Assembly (NCBI GenBank): GCA_038087875.1 | Contig: CM075997.1 | Coordinates: 4,590,001-4,654,000 of the forward strand | Direction of reading: 5' to 3' | DNA from: Malacoraja senta | Taxonomy: Eukaryota | Length of the DNA stretch: 64,000 nucleotides | Shown: positions 24,651 through 37,325 of the stretch, in pieces | Layout: each line of letters opens with the position of its first letter | Numbering within the stretch: the first letter of the stretch is position 1 | Position numbers and translations under genes: made by a program | The notes under the pieces: model-generated | What the model saw: the letters and a program-made list of their open reading frames with translations, nothing else | Told to the model about the DNA's origin: nothing | Databases searched by the model: none

Positions 24651-25462
24651 TCCATATGTGTCGAATGGCCTAATTCTCCTCCAATCACTTTTGAACTTAT
24701 GAATGAGGCTCACTCACGTGCCAAGTTTGACAGAGTTTTTTTGATGAAGTAACAGAGGCTCAATGAGGGGTCAGTGGATGATGTGATCTATCTAGAGTTC
24801 CAATTGACAATTGGCATCAAGAAAGAAAAGACCCCTGAGAATATTACCAGGACAGGAGGGCTTGAGTTATAAGGAGCGTGTGGATAGCAATCACCATTAG
24901 TTCTATCCTGCACAGCATACCAATGCCAATTAACTTCCAAACCTGCACGTCTTTGGAGCGTGGGAGGGAACCAGAGCACCCGGAGAAAAGCCACGCAGGT
25001 CACGGGGAGAATGTACAAACTGCGTACAGACAAGAGCTGAGAGTCAAGAGAGTTTAACAGTCATACGGGGGGGGGGGGGAGATTGCAACCTTCACGTGGT
25101 CCGTCCTGTTTCGACACGTGTACAATCAAATAAGATCAAATAGAACAAGTTGTCCGACAACTTTAGGCCGTGCACGCCATACGCAAGAAGAAGAAGAACA
25201 GTCATATGGTCGAGATCACCACAATGGAATTCTAACCTGCATTCATATAACTGTACTGTAAATGCAATACACACAGATCATTTAAACTGTAATAGCAAAA
25301 AAATAAATATAATCATAATTCCAGTGTAAAACACCTGTAGTCCTTGAGATAGTCCATGAGAGGCCTAGATAGGATCGACAGTCAGATACTTATTCACAGG
25401 GTGGGAATGTCAAAGGCCAGAGGTTGTAGCTTTAAGTTGAGGAGCTAAATTTAAAGGAGATG

Positions 25463-25672
25463 GTAGACAAAAGTGCTGGAGAAACTCAGCGGGTGCAGCA
25501 GTATCTATGGAGGAAGGAAATAGGCAACGTCTCGGGCCTTCAGTCTGAAGAAGGGTTTCGGCCCGAAACGTTGCCTATTTCCTTCGCTCCATAGATGCTG
25601 CTGCACCCGCTGAGTTTCTCCAGCACTTTTGTCTACCTTCAATTTTCCAGCATCTGCAGTTCCTTCTTGAAC
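25463..25672. mobile_element. Fold-back Penelope-derived element with intact hammerhead motif (25545-25572, +)
   Basis: Inverted arms; TSD-like AAAGGAGATG at 25453-25462 and 25678-25687 inside a CR1 fragment. Confidence 0.85.
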
Positions 25673-26099
25673 ATTTGAAAGGAGATGTGTGGGGCAGTTT
25701 TTTTTACACAGAGGGTGGTGGGTGCCTGGAACCCGCTGCCAGGGGTGGTGGTGGAGGCAGATATGTTGGTGGCATTTAAGAGGCTTTTAGGCAGGCGCAT
25801 GGATATGCAGGGAATGGAGGGATATGGATCACGTGCAGGCCGAGGAGATCAGTTTAACTCTGCGTCAAGTGCGGACATTGTGGGCCGCAGGGCCTGTTCC
25901 TGTGCTGGACTGTTCTATGTTTGTGTTTCAGTGGTCATTACTCTGTGAACCAGCTGATAGTTGACTCATTTCCACCCTGTCCACAAAAACCACCCTCTGT
26001 AAATTGCCGCGCGGTAAATTGTTTAGTTTAGTGATCCAGCGCAGAAACAGGCCCTTCGGCCCACTGAGTCTGCGCCGACCAGCGATCCCCGCACACTAA

Positions 26100-26488
26100 A
26101 GGGCCTGTCCCACGAGCATGCGACTGCATGCGGCAAGAGCGACCAAACCGGAAGCGGGGGCCGCACGGGGGCCGCGCAGAGGTCGAGTGATCCCGTACGA
26201 GTTGACGTGAAGTTCAAGCGAAGTCCGCGGGAAGTTCGCGTGTGACGTACGGCGTCAAGGCGGTGCGTACGGCCTCAATGCGGCTGCGGGCCGGCAGGCC
26301 GTTGCCGCGCGGAATTTTTGGACAGTGTCAGTTTTTCGGAGCCCCGCCCGATGTCGGGACCAGCTCCGCACAACTCCATACGGCTCTGGCGATCGAAGTG
26401 GGACCGGCCCCACGAGGCCGTACGGCTCAAGCGACCACGTTAGGTCATGCTTGCCGCATGCGGTCGCATGCTCGTGGGGACAGGCCCT
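26100..26488. mobile_element. PIF/Harbinger-type MITE, family B (CpG-rich), inserted in a SINE
   Basis: TIR AGGGCCTGTCCCACGAGCATGCGAC.GCATGCGGCAAG; flanks TAA/TTA; the host SINE continues on both sides (26022-26711, -). Confidence 0.8.
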
Positions 26489-27249
26489 TTACGCTATCCG
26501 ACACACACACTGGAGACAATTTACATTTACACCAAGCCAATTAACCTACAAACCTGTACGCCTTTGGAGTGCGGGAGGAAATCGAAGATGTCGGAGAAAA
26601 CCCACGCAGGTCACGGGGAGAACGTGCAAACTCCGTACAGACAGCACCCGTAGTCGGGATCAAACCTGGGTCTCTGGCGCTGTGAGGCAGCAACTCTACC
26701 GCTGTGCCACCCAAAGTGGCAGAGTGGGTGGGAAAGTGGGAATAACAGGTGGGAATGGGAGATCGCTGGTCGGTGTGGACTCGGTGAACCGAAGGGCCTG
26801 TTTCCATGGTGTATCTCTCAATCAATTCAATCAATTTATTTGTACCGAGCCAGGTTATAAATGGAGCAGTGCGATGGTGAGCAGATAATCCGTATTAGTG
26901 ATGATGATTGAGTGATAAGTATGTTGCCATGACGACTCGGAGACTGTGGAGATGATGCCCAGAGGCCTAGTGACGGACAATACGCATTGATTTCCTGATA
27001 ACGGCTTTGTGGCGTTTACTAAAAAACTCTATCAGAGTGTGGTGAAGGCGGCATGGTGGTGCAGCAGGTAGTGATGCTGCCTCACAGCTCGAGAGCTGCA
27101 GGTTCGATCCTGACCTCGGGTGCTGTCCGCGTGGAGTTTGCACGCTCTACCTGTGACCGCGAGGGCTGCCTCTGGGAATACCGTGTTCCCTGACATCCCA
27201 AAGACGTGCTGGGAGGTTAATCAACCCCCGATGTGGCTGGCTTTGGACT

Positions 27250-27547
27250 TTAGACTTTAGAGATACAGGTCCTTCGGCCCACCGTGTCCGCGCCGACCAA
27301 CGATCGCCCCGTACACTAATACTATCCTACACACATTCGGGACAATTTTTACATCTTACCGGAGCCAATTAACCTGCAAACCTGTATGTCTTTGGAGTGT
27401 GGGAGGAAACCGGAGATCCCGGAGAAAACCCACGCGGGTCACGGGGAGAACGTACAAACTCCGTACAGACAGCACCCGTAGTTGGGATCGAACCTGGGTC
27501 TCTGGTGCTGTGAGGCAGCAACTCTACCACCACGCCACCGTGCCGCC
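27250..27547 (-). mobile_element. tRNA-derived SINE (HE1-like), full length
   Basis: Reverse-complement box A/B head and CR1-like tail. Confidence 0.85.
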
Positions 27548-28052
27548 CCATTGTACCCACTCTCGTGCCCTTTGTCCCATCCGATGCTTTCAATATCTTC
27601 CCCAGCCTGAAGAAGGGTCTGGACCCGAAACAGCACGCATTCCTTCTCTCCAGAGATGCTGCCTGTCCCGCTGAGTTACTCCAGCATTTTGTGTCTACCA
27701 AGCATTCCATATACCTTGTTAAAGCCGGGAGCTACAACTGCTAGTCTATTATGAACATAGCGGGTAAGGCAGCATCTCTGGAGGACATGGATAGGTGATG
27801 TTTTGGTTCTGCACCTTTCTTCAGAGTGAAGGGTCGCGACCCATAAACTCACCTGCCCATGTTCTCCTGAGTTACTCCAGCATTTTGTGCCATATATCCT
27901 CTTCTCCACCTTGTCTACCCCAGTCACCACCTTCAGAGGACAACATATTTGTATTGCTTGGTCTGCTTTCAATGCTCTCCAATAGAAATGGTTCAATCTG
28001 ACTCAACGCATTGATCAAAGTTGTGGACTGTGAAACAAAATGTGAAGACGTG

Positions 28053-28340
28053 GGGCGGCACGGTGGCGCAGCGGTAGAGTTGCTGCCTCACCGCGCCAGA
28101 GACCCGGGTTCAATCCTGACCGCGAGTGCTGCCTGTACGGAGTTTGCACGTTCTCCCCGTGACCTGCGTGGGTTTTCTCTGGGTGCTCCGGTTTCTTGCC
28201 ACACTCCAAAGACGTACAGGTTTGTAGGTTAATTGGCTTGGTATAAATGGAGATTGTCCCGAGTGCGTGTAGGATAGTGTGCGGGGATCGCTGGTCGGCG
28301 CCCACTCAGTGGGCCTAAACTGTTTCCACGCTGCATCTTT
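28053..28340 (+). mobile_element. tRNA-derived SINE (HE1-like), full length
   Basis: GGGCGGCACGGTGGCGCAGCGGTAGAG...GGGTTCAATCC head. Confidence 0.85.
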
Positions 28341-30234
28341 TAGAAATATATAAAATGTGGGCAATTCAGAAGATTTACTAGGATGGAAAATGTTAGTCAG
28401 CACAGCAAGGCTTCTGGATTATGTCATATTAGCTACGAGGAAAGGTTTGACAAAGTTGGATTGTTTTCTCGGCAAACTTAGAGGTTGAGGGGAGATCGGA
28501 TAAAAGTATATAAAATCATGAGGAGTGTAGATAGGGTAGACAGTCAGAACATTTTCCCAGGGTGCAAAATGTCAAAGTCAAGAGGGCGTAGCTTTAAGAT
28601 GAGAGGGGCAAAGATTAAAGGAGATGAGCGGGGCAAGTTTTTAATACAAAGAATGGTAGGTTCCTCAAACACACTGCCAGGGTCATAAGGGCATAAGGAA
28701 TGGGAGTAGAGTTAGGCCATTCGGCCCATCAAGTCTACTCCACCATTTAATCATGGCTGATCTATCTCTCCCTCCTAACCCCATTCTCCTGCCTTCTCCC
28801 CCTAACCTCTTACACCTGTACTAATCAAGGGCCAGGAAGCTTCTGTGGAGAACATGGTTAGGTGATGTTTTGGGTTGGAACCCTGCTTGTGGTGTGCGTT
28901 TTTACGGTGTGCTGGGTGCCGGGAACGCATTGTTGGAGGCAGATATGATAGAGGCCTTCAAGAGGCTTTTGGATAGGCACATGGATATGCGGGGAGTGGA
29001 GGGATATGGTTCACATGCAGGTAGATGAACTTAGTTTAACGTGACATCATGACTTTATGGGCTGAAGGGCCTGTTCCTGTGCTGTACTGGCCTATGTTCC
29101 GCGCTCCCTGCATTACTGCACCTTTCACATCCTAGGATGTCCTGAAGGGCTTTATAACTAATGAAGGACTTCTGACACCTGTGGGAGGATCAAAAGGGCA
29201 GCACGGTGGATGGTGCAGCGGTAGAGTTGCTGCCTCACAGCGCCAGAGACCCGGCTTCCATCCTGACTGTGGGTGCTGTCTGTACGGAGTTTGTACGTTC
29301 TTCCCGTGATCTGCTTGTGGGATTTCTCCGGGTGCTCCAGTTTCCTCCCACACACCAAAGACATACTGGTCCCTAGGTTAATTGGCTTGGAGACATTGTA
29401 AATTGTCCCTGGTGTGTGTAGGAACTAGTCAGCGCGGACTCGATGGGCCGAAGGGCCTGTTTCCGTGCTGTATCTCTAATCTAAACTGAATTCTATGGAA
29501 AGGTGTTGGGTCAAGATCTCCTCATTCATTTCCATTCCAAGGAAACCCATTGGTGCGCCAGAGATCCAGGTTCGATCCCGACCTCGGGAGTGTGAATCAG
29601 TATCTCACCTGTAAAGGCAGGACCTGGACTGTGCATACCTGTATCTCACCTGTACAGGTGAGGTTTATATAAACCAGTATCTCACCTTTACAGCCGGGCA
29701 CCAGCTTGGCTTGGATTTTTTGTTTAGGATTATGTTTCTCTTTATCCCCGAGTCATCTCCAAATTTTCAATTTCTTTGTTGATGAAAGATTAGATCTCAC
29801 ATTATACCAGCTGGTTCCAGAGACCCGGGTTCAATTCTGACCTTGGGTGCTGTCTGCGTGGAGTTTGCACGTTTTCCCTGTGGCTTTCCTCCGGTTTCCT
29901 CCCACATCCCAAAGCCGTGCGGGTCTGTAGGTTAATTGGCCCTCTGTAGATTGCCCCTTAATGTGTAAGGAGTGAATGGGAAAGTGGGATAATATAGAAC
30001 TAATGTCAATGGGTGATCGATGGGCCAAAGGGCCTGTTTCCATGCTGGATTTTTCAATCAATCAATCAATGTTGCTTATTAATTATCTCCCTTAATTATC
30101 TTATAAACATCTTTAATATGTTCTCCTCTCAGTCTTTTCGCCCGAGCCTGTTCAACGGACCCTGCCCATTCCTGTTTGCCTCCGTAGCCCATCTTGTGGG
30201 GTTCCTGCTGCCATCATTCCCAATCCAGTTACAG

Positions 30235-30626
30235 TCTCAGTTCAGTCTAGTTTATTGTCACATGTACCGAGGTACAGTGAAAAGCTTTTGTTGCGTGCTA
30301 ACCAGTCAGCGGAAAGACCACACATGATTACAATCGAGCCATTTACAGTGTACAGATACATGATAAGGGAATAACGTTTAGTGCAAGGTAAAACCAGCAA
30401 AGTCCGATCAAGGATAGTCCGAAGGTCACCAATGAGGTAGATAGTAGTTCAGGACTGCTCTCTGGTGGTGGTAGGATGGTTCAGTTGCCTGATAACAGCG
30501 GGGAAGAAACTGTCTCTGAATCTGGAGGTGTGCGTTTTCACACTTCTGTACCTTTTGCCCGATGGGAGAGGGGAGAAGAGGGAGTGGCCGGGGTGCGACT
30601 GGTCCTTGATTATGCTGCTGGCCTTG
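30235..30626 (-). mobile_element. Rex1/Babar LINE 3' end (family 1)
   Basis: ORF 30449..30688 (-): KASSIIKDQSHPGHSLFSPLPSGKRYRSVKTHTSRFRDSFFPAVIRQLN. Confidence 0.8.
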
Positions 30627-31084
30627 TTGGCATCCAGTAGATTCTTAGGTGTAGAAACAAAGAACTGCAGATGCTGCTTAATACACATAAGGACACAAAG
30701 TGCTGGAGTAACACAGCGGGTCAGGCAGCATCTCTGGGGAAAATGGATAGGCGACGTTTCAATGTGTCTGAAGAAGGTTCTTGGCCTAAAATGTCATCTA
30801 GTTTAGATCAGTTTGGTTTATTATGGTAGCGAGGTACAGTGAAAAGTTCCTACACTCATATGTCCTAGGAGCAGAATTAGGCCATTCAGCCCATCAAGTC
30901 TACTCCGTCATTCAGTCGTGGCTGATGTAACTTTCCCTCTCAACCCTAGTCTCCTACCTTCTCCCCATAACCCCAGCGGGCTACCCAGTAAACGGAAAGA
31001 CTAAACATAATTACAATCGAGCCGTCCACAATGTACAGATAGAGGATAAAGGGAATAACGTTGAATGCAAGATCCAGTCCGGTA

Positions 31085-31910
31085 AATCTAAATGGCGTCA
31101 AGTTGGGAAAAGGGGAAGTACAACGGGATCTGAGGGTCCTTGTTCATCAGTCTATGAAAGTAAGCATGCAGGTACAGCAGGCAGTGAAGAAAGCAAATGG
31201 CTTGTTGGCCTTTATAACAAGAGGAATCGAATATAGGAGCAAAGAGGTCCTTTTGCAGTTGTACAGAGCCCTAGTGAGACCACACCTGGAGTATTGTGTG
31301 CAGTTTTGGTCCCCTAATTTGAGGAAGGACATTCTTGCTATTGAGGGAGTGCAGCGTAGGTTTACAAGGTTCATTCCCGGGATGGCGGGACTGTCATATG
31401 CTGAGAGAATGGAGCGGCTGGGCTTGTACACTCTGGAGACCAGAAGGATGAGAGGGGATCTAATTGAAACATATAAGATTGTTAAGGGCATGGACATGCT
31501 AGAGGCAGGAAACATGTTCCCGATGTTGGGGGAGTCCAGAACCAGGGGCCACAGTTTAAGAATAAGGGGTAAGCCATTTAGAACGGAGACGAGGAAACAC
31601 TTTTTCACACAGAGAGTGGTGAGTCTGTGGAATTCTCTGCCTCAGAGGGCGGTGGAGGCCGGTTCTCTGGATGCTTTCAAGAGAGAGCTAGATAGGGCTC
31701 TTAAAGATAGCGGAGTCAGGGGATATGGGGAGAAGGCAGGAACGGGGTACTGATTGGGGATGATCAACCAAGATCACATTGAATGGCGGTGCTGGCTCAA
31801 AGGGCCGAATGGCCTACTCCTGCACCTATTGTCTATTGTCCATTGAATGGCGGTGTTGGCTCGAAGGGCTGAATGGCCTATTCCTGCACCTATTGTCTAT
31901 TGTTTATTGT
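31085..31910 (+). mobile_element. CR1/HER1-type LINE 3' fragment with an open ORF2 C-terminus
   Basis: ORF 31061..31753: LNGVKLGKGEVQRDLRVLVHQSMK...LYRALVRPHLEYCVQFWSP...FFTQRVVSLWNSLP; the 3' UTR end is tandemly duplicated (about 31777-31910). Confidence 0.92.
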
Positions 31911-32072
31911 CTGAGGGTCTCCATGGTAGTGATGGACCCTTCTCCAGAGATGCTGTCAGGTTTGCTGAGGTACTCCAGCACTTTGTGTCCTCCTGGCCAG
32001 AGGCAAGGTAGGAAACGTCGGAGACCAGGTTCAGTCCCAAGCCTGTCGGACACCAAAGACTGCACCTCACAG

Positions 32073-32500
32073 CTTACTCACCGTGGGACCCTGTGGCTTA
32101 TGTTTGCGTCTGCGGTTTATATCTCTGGGGAAGGCGGCTCAGCCTGGAGTTTTTCCGACAACTCTGGCTGAAGACTTCCGCTCGGGGAAAAATTACCTTC
32201 TAAAGATAGACGCTGAAGTAATAATGAATAAAGTACAAGTCTCGGGTGCTAGGCTTGGTTGAAGAGGGCTACGTCACTTGTTAAGCACCTTTGAAAGCTC
32301 CTGCCAGGACCGGCGGCTTGTTTTAGGAAAGTGTGTCTGGAGGCTGCGAAGAATGTTTTATTCATAAGGACATGTTCAGGGGCGATGGGAAAATCCAAAC
32401 ACACATCTCCATATTTAATTTCCAGCCGGGATGATTTTAGTCTTCAGGCATTACTGGATTGGGGGGGGGGGGGGGGGAACAGAGTGGGCTTGTTCCGACC
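32073..32500 (-). promoter_or_regulatory. Putative promoter/enhancer island (TATA, kB-like, CRE-like and p53-family half sites, splice donor)
   Basis: Repeat-free. Minus-strand TATAAA 32116-32121 and G|GTGAGTAAG donor at 32082/32081; kB-like 32146-32156, 32184-32197 and GGGAAAATCC 32387-32396; TGACGTAG 32269-32276; RRRCWWGYYY at 32368-32377 and 32486-32495. Confidence 0.3.
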
Positions 32501-35500
32501 GGCCTGTTACTTGGGCCTGGTGTAAACTGCGAAATTGTTCAAAGGCCGGAGCAGACTAATTAAACACAAGGTTCCCCCGTCCCCTGGTTTCCGGGTATTA
32601 GGTAAACGACGCGTGTTGCAGCACTTACACTCGTGTCGACAGCTTTTCATTAATTGTGTGGATATGATTTATTATGATGTCTACAGAGTATATTTGTTTT
32701 TATGTATTTGCACAAGCCTCCAGTTACCAACCGGAGGGCTCTGTTCCGCAGCCAGACTTATTCCTGGTCTGTTACGACACGGATAGACACAGCAGTAACT
32801 GCCCTCCAAGACAGACACAAAATGCTGGAGTAACTCAGCGTTTGGGACAGGCAGCATCTCTGGAGGGAAGGAATGGGTGACGTTTCAGGTCGAGACCCTT
32901 CTTCAGGCTGCCTCGGATCTGTCCCATCACACACTGCTAGGGCAGGGATATAGAAACATAGAAACATAGAAAATAAGTGCAGGAGGAGGCCATTCGGCCC
33001 TTCGAGCCAGCACCGCCATTCATTGTGGTCATGGCTGATCGTCCCCAATCAATAACCCGTGCCTGCCTTTTCCCCAATTATGGGGACTCCATCCGCACCG
33101 TCCCATCACAGTAAAGCTCCTTGGTTCTTGCTTCTGGTTTCCTGGCCCTCCAAAAATATTTCAAATGGAATTTAAACTGGAGGTGGTGGAGTGTGGACTT
33201 AAGCAAAAAAGGGTTCTTGGGGGAAAAAGAGCTACCTTAAGCTCGTAGTAAGGGTTAAGTCTGAAGAAGGGTTTAGGCCCGAAACGTTGCCTATTTCCTT
33301 CGCTCCATAGATGCTGCCGCACCCGCTGAGTTTCTCCAGCATTTTTGTCTACCTGCGATTTAGTTGCGTCTGGTTGGGTAACTATGGTAGGGTGAAGACT
33401 ATCCCATGCTTTAATTGCACTCCCAACACTGCTCCTGGGCCTGGCCAAGCTGGCCATCCGCTAGTCACGGCGCCAGGCGGAAGAGGGCTCTGCCCGAGCC
33501 AGCTGCCTGGTCCTTATCCGGGGTTACGTCTGCGCCCGGTTGGTGCTAGAGAGGGAACCCGCGCTGTCCACGGGCTCCCAGGGGGGATTTCCGGGACCGC
33601 TGGGCACTGCAGGGAGTGGAATGCATCAATAGACAACGGACAATAGACAGTAGGTGCAGGAGTAGGCCATTCGGCCCTTCGAGCCAGCACCGCCATTCAA
33701 TGTGATCATGGCTGATCATCCCCAATCAGTACCCAGTTCCTGCCTTCTCCCTCAATAAGTATGGTAATACAGTCTGAAGAAGGGTCTCGACTAGAAACGT
33801 CACCCATTCCTTCTCTCCAGAGATGCTGCCTGTCCCGCTGAATTACTCCAGCATTTTGTGTCTTTCTTCGGTTTAAACCAGCATCTGCAGTTCCTACATA
33901 TTGTAACATAGTTATTTCATATTCAGTATATTCGATATTTAAGAATATTTGATTTACTTTGTGCCACGGTGGTGGGTTTGTTGTGTTGTTTTGTATTGTA
34001 CATATTATTCTTGTAAATAATTTATTAAAAATATGTTTGGAGAATAAAACACTCCCAAGACTGGATAGTATAGGGTTCAATAGAGAGTGAAGCTCCCTCA
34101 ACACAGTCTCATCGTCACACACTCCCAGACCAGGGACAAATGGCTTAGTTTAGATTTAGTTTAGAGATACAGCGCAGAAACAGGCCCTTCGGCCCACAGA
34201 GTCCGCCCTGACCAGCGATCCCCGCATATTAACACGATCCTACACACACTAGGAACAGTTTAACATTCATACCAAGCCAATTAACCTGCAAACCTGTACG
34301 TCTTTGGAATGTGGGAGGAAGCCAGAGCACCCGGCGAAAACCCACACAGGTCACGGGGAGATCGTACAAACTCCATACAGACAGTACCCGTGGTCAGGAT
34401 CGAACCCGGGTCTCTGGCGCCGTGAGGCAGCCAGAACCAGGGGTCGCAGTTTAAGATTATGGGGCAGGTTATTTAGGACTGAGATGAGGAAAAACCTTTT
34501 CACCCAGAGAGTTGTGAATCTGTGGAATTCTCTGCCACAGAAGGCAGTGGAGGCCAATTCACTGGATGGATTTAAGAGAGAGTTAGATAGGGCTCTAGGG
34601 GCTAGTGGAATCAAGGGATATGGGGAGAAGGCAGGCACGGGTTACTGATTGTTGATGATCAGCCATGATCACAATGAATGGCGGTGCTGGCTCGAAGGGC
34701 CGAATGGCCTCATCCTGTCAGGCAGAGTTGTGAATCTGAGGAATTCTCTGCCAGAAGGCAGTGGAGGCCAATTCTCTGGAGGTTTTCAAGAGAGAGTTAG
34801 ATTTAACTCTTAGGGCTAACGGAATCAAGCGATATGGGGAGAAAACAGGAACGGGGTACTGATTGTAATGATCAGCCATGATCATATTGAATGGTGGTGC
34901 TGGCTCGAAGAGCCGAATGGCCTCCTCCTGCACCTAATTTCTAACCTGTTGATTGTAGGGTGACACGGTGGCACAGCTGGACGAGCCGCTGCCTCACAGC
35001 GCCAGAGACCCAGGTTCAATCCTGACCTCGGGTGCTCTCTGTGTGGTGTTTGTACGTTCTCCCTGTGACTGCACGGGTTTCCTGCGAATGCTCCGGTTTC
35101 CTCCCACATTCCAAAAAAATGTCCTTTTGTATATTGCCCCTAGTGTGTAGGTAGTGGATGAGAAAGTGGGAATAACATAGAACTAGTATGTTGTAGGTTA
35201 ATTGGCTTTGGTTAATGGTTCTTCTAGTGTACGGGGTGATCGTTGGTCGGCACGGACTCGAAGGGCCGAAGGGCCTGTTTTGCGCACTGTATATCCTAAG
35301 TCTACTGTACATTCTAAACTGGTGTGAATGGGTGACAGGTGTAAAATGCTGCAGTAACTCAGCGGGACAGGCAGCATCTCTGGAGAGAAGGAACGGGTGA
35401 CGTTTCGGCTCGAGACCCTCCTTTACATAGAACATAGAACATAGAAAATAGGTGCAGGAGTAGGCCATTCGGCCCTTCGAGCCTGCACCGCCATTCAATA

Positions 35501-36370
35501 TGATCATGGCTGATCATCCAACTCAGTATCCCGTACTTGCCTTCTCTCCATACCCCCTGATCCCTTTAGCCACAAGAGCCACATCTAATTCCCTTTTAAA
35601 TATAGCCAATGAACTGGCCTCAACTACCCTCTGTGGCAGAGAGTTCCACAGATTCACCACTCTCTGTGTGAATTTTTTTTTCTCATCTCGGTCCTAAAAG
35701 ACTTCCCCCTTATCCTTAAACAGTGACCCCCTTGTTCTGAACTTTAGATGGGCGGTTGATGGTCAGCATGGGCTCGGTGGGCCGAAGGGCCAGCTTCCGC
35801 CTCGGTCTCAACTCGCGTGAGCGGGGGATCAGCGTGGTCTCAGTGTTTTCGTGACTGTATCCATAGAAACACAACAGTCCGTAAGGTCAGGCGCAAAATG
35901 CTGGAGTAACTCAGCGGGACGGGCAGCGTCTCTGGGGAGAAGTTAACGGGTGACGTTTTGGGTCAAGACCCTCCTTCAGCCTGTGACGGCTGGCAGCTCA
36001 GTGTGCTGATTTTCCGCGTGCCTTAGGCAAGGCCTGGTATCAGTATTACGTGTAGGAAGCCTGTGCACCACAGCAGCCTGATCAGAGTGACATGAATCCT
36101 CTCAAAGAGGCAGCATTAGGGTTTATATCAGACAACTTCCCCCTGCAATAGCCTGTGGCTTTCCACTTTGTACGAGCTGTAAACCTCCTTGTGTGACTGC
36201 AGCAACAGGTTTGTGAATGCTTCACGTAGCTCCCTGGCTCCACACAGACCACACGCTGGATGCAAGGGGCGCAGTGTTCACGGGCTGCCGGTAAACGGGT
36301 TAACCTGCGAGCTCCTCCCCGGCACCGCCCACTCCGCCACCTCTCCCCCCCCCTCCACCCCCCCCAGCTG

Positions 36371-36772
36371 GGACTCTATTCCCCGGAGTGCAGCAGGATG
36401 AGAGGTCATCTTACGGAAGTGCATAACATCATGAGGGGAATAGATCAGGTAGACGCACAGAGTCTCTCGCTCAGAGTACGGGAATCGAGGACCAGAGGAC
36501 ATAGGTTCAAGGCGAAGGGAAAAAGATTTAATCGGAATCTGAGGGGTAACTTTTTCACACAGAGGGTGGTGGGTGTATGGAACAAGCTGCCAGAGGAGGT
36601 AGTTGAGGCTGGGACTATCCCAACGTTGAAGAAACGGTTAGACAGGTACATGGATAGGACGGGTTTGGAGGGATATGGACCAAACGCAGGCAGGTGGGAC
36701 TAGTGTAGCTGGGACATGTTGGCCGGTGTGGGCAAGTTGGGCCGAAGGGCCTGTTTCCACACTGTGACTCCA
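36371..36772 (+). mobile_element. CR1/HER1 LINE 3' fragment of the subfamily sharing its tail with the SINEs
   Basis: LGLYSPECSRMRGHL...FFTQRVVGVWNKLPEEVVEAGT; the tail gggccgaagggcctgtttcc is shared with the SINE 3' ends. Confidence 0.85.
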
Positions 36773-36851
36773 TAGAGAGCATTATATCAGGTTGCATCGC
36801 TGCTTGGTTTGGGAACAGCTGCACCCAAGACTGCAAGCAATTGCACAGAGG

Positions 36852-37325
36852 TCATAAGTTCATCAGTAATAGGAGCAGAATTAGGCCATTCGGCCCATCA
36901 AGCCTACTCTGTCATTCAATCATGGCTGATCTATCTCTCCTAACCCCATTCTCCTGCCTTCTCCCCCAAACCCCTGACACCCGTACTAATCAAGAATTTA
37001 TCTATCTCTGCCTTAAAAATATCTTTGGACCTGGCCTCCACAGCATTCTGTGGCAATGAATTCCACAGATTCACTACCCTCTGGCTGAGGAAATTCCTCC
37101 TCATCTCCATCCTAAAGGAACGTTCTTTAATTCTGAGGCTGTGACCTCTGGTCCTAGACTCTCCCACTAGTGGAAACATCCTCTCCACATCCACTCTATC
37201 CAGGCCTTTCACTATTCGGTCAGTTCCAATGTACCCCCCCCTCATCCTTCTAAACTCCAGCGAGCTCTGGCCCAACGCTCCTCATATGTTAACCCACTCA
37301 TATTCCTGGGATCATTCTCGGAAAC
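36852..37325 (-). mobile_element. CR1 LINE 3' fragment (third subfamily)
   Basis: ORF 36940..37275 (-): SLEFRRMRG...KGLDRVDVERMFPLVGESRTRGHSLRIK...QRVVNLWNSLPQ. Confidence 0.85.

Noticed and set aside
32082..32215. Coding exon upstream of the 32081 donor
   Set aside because: All three minus-strand frames contain stop codons with each candidate acceptor.
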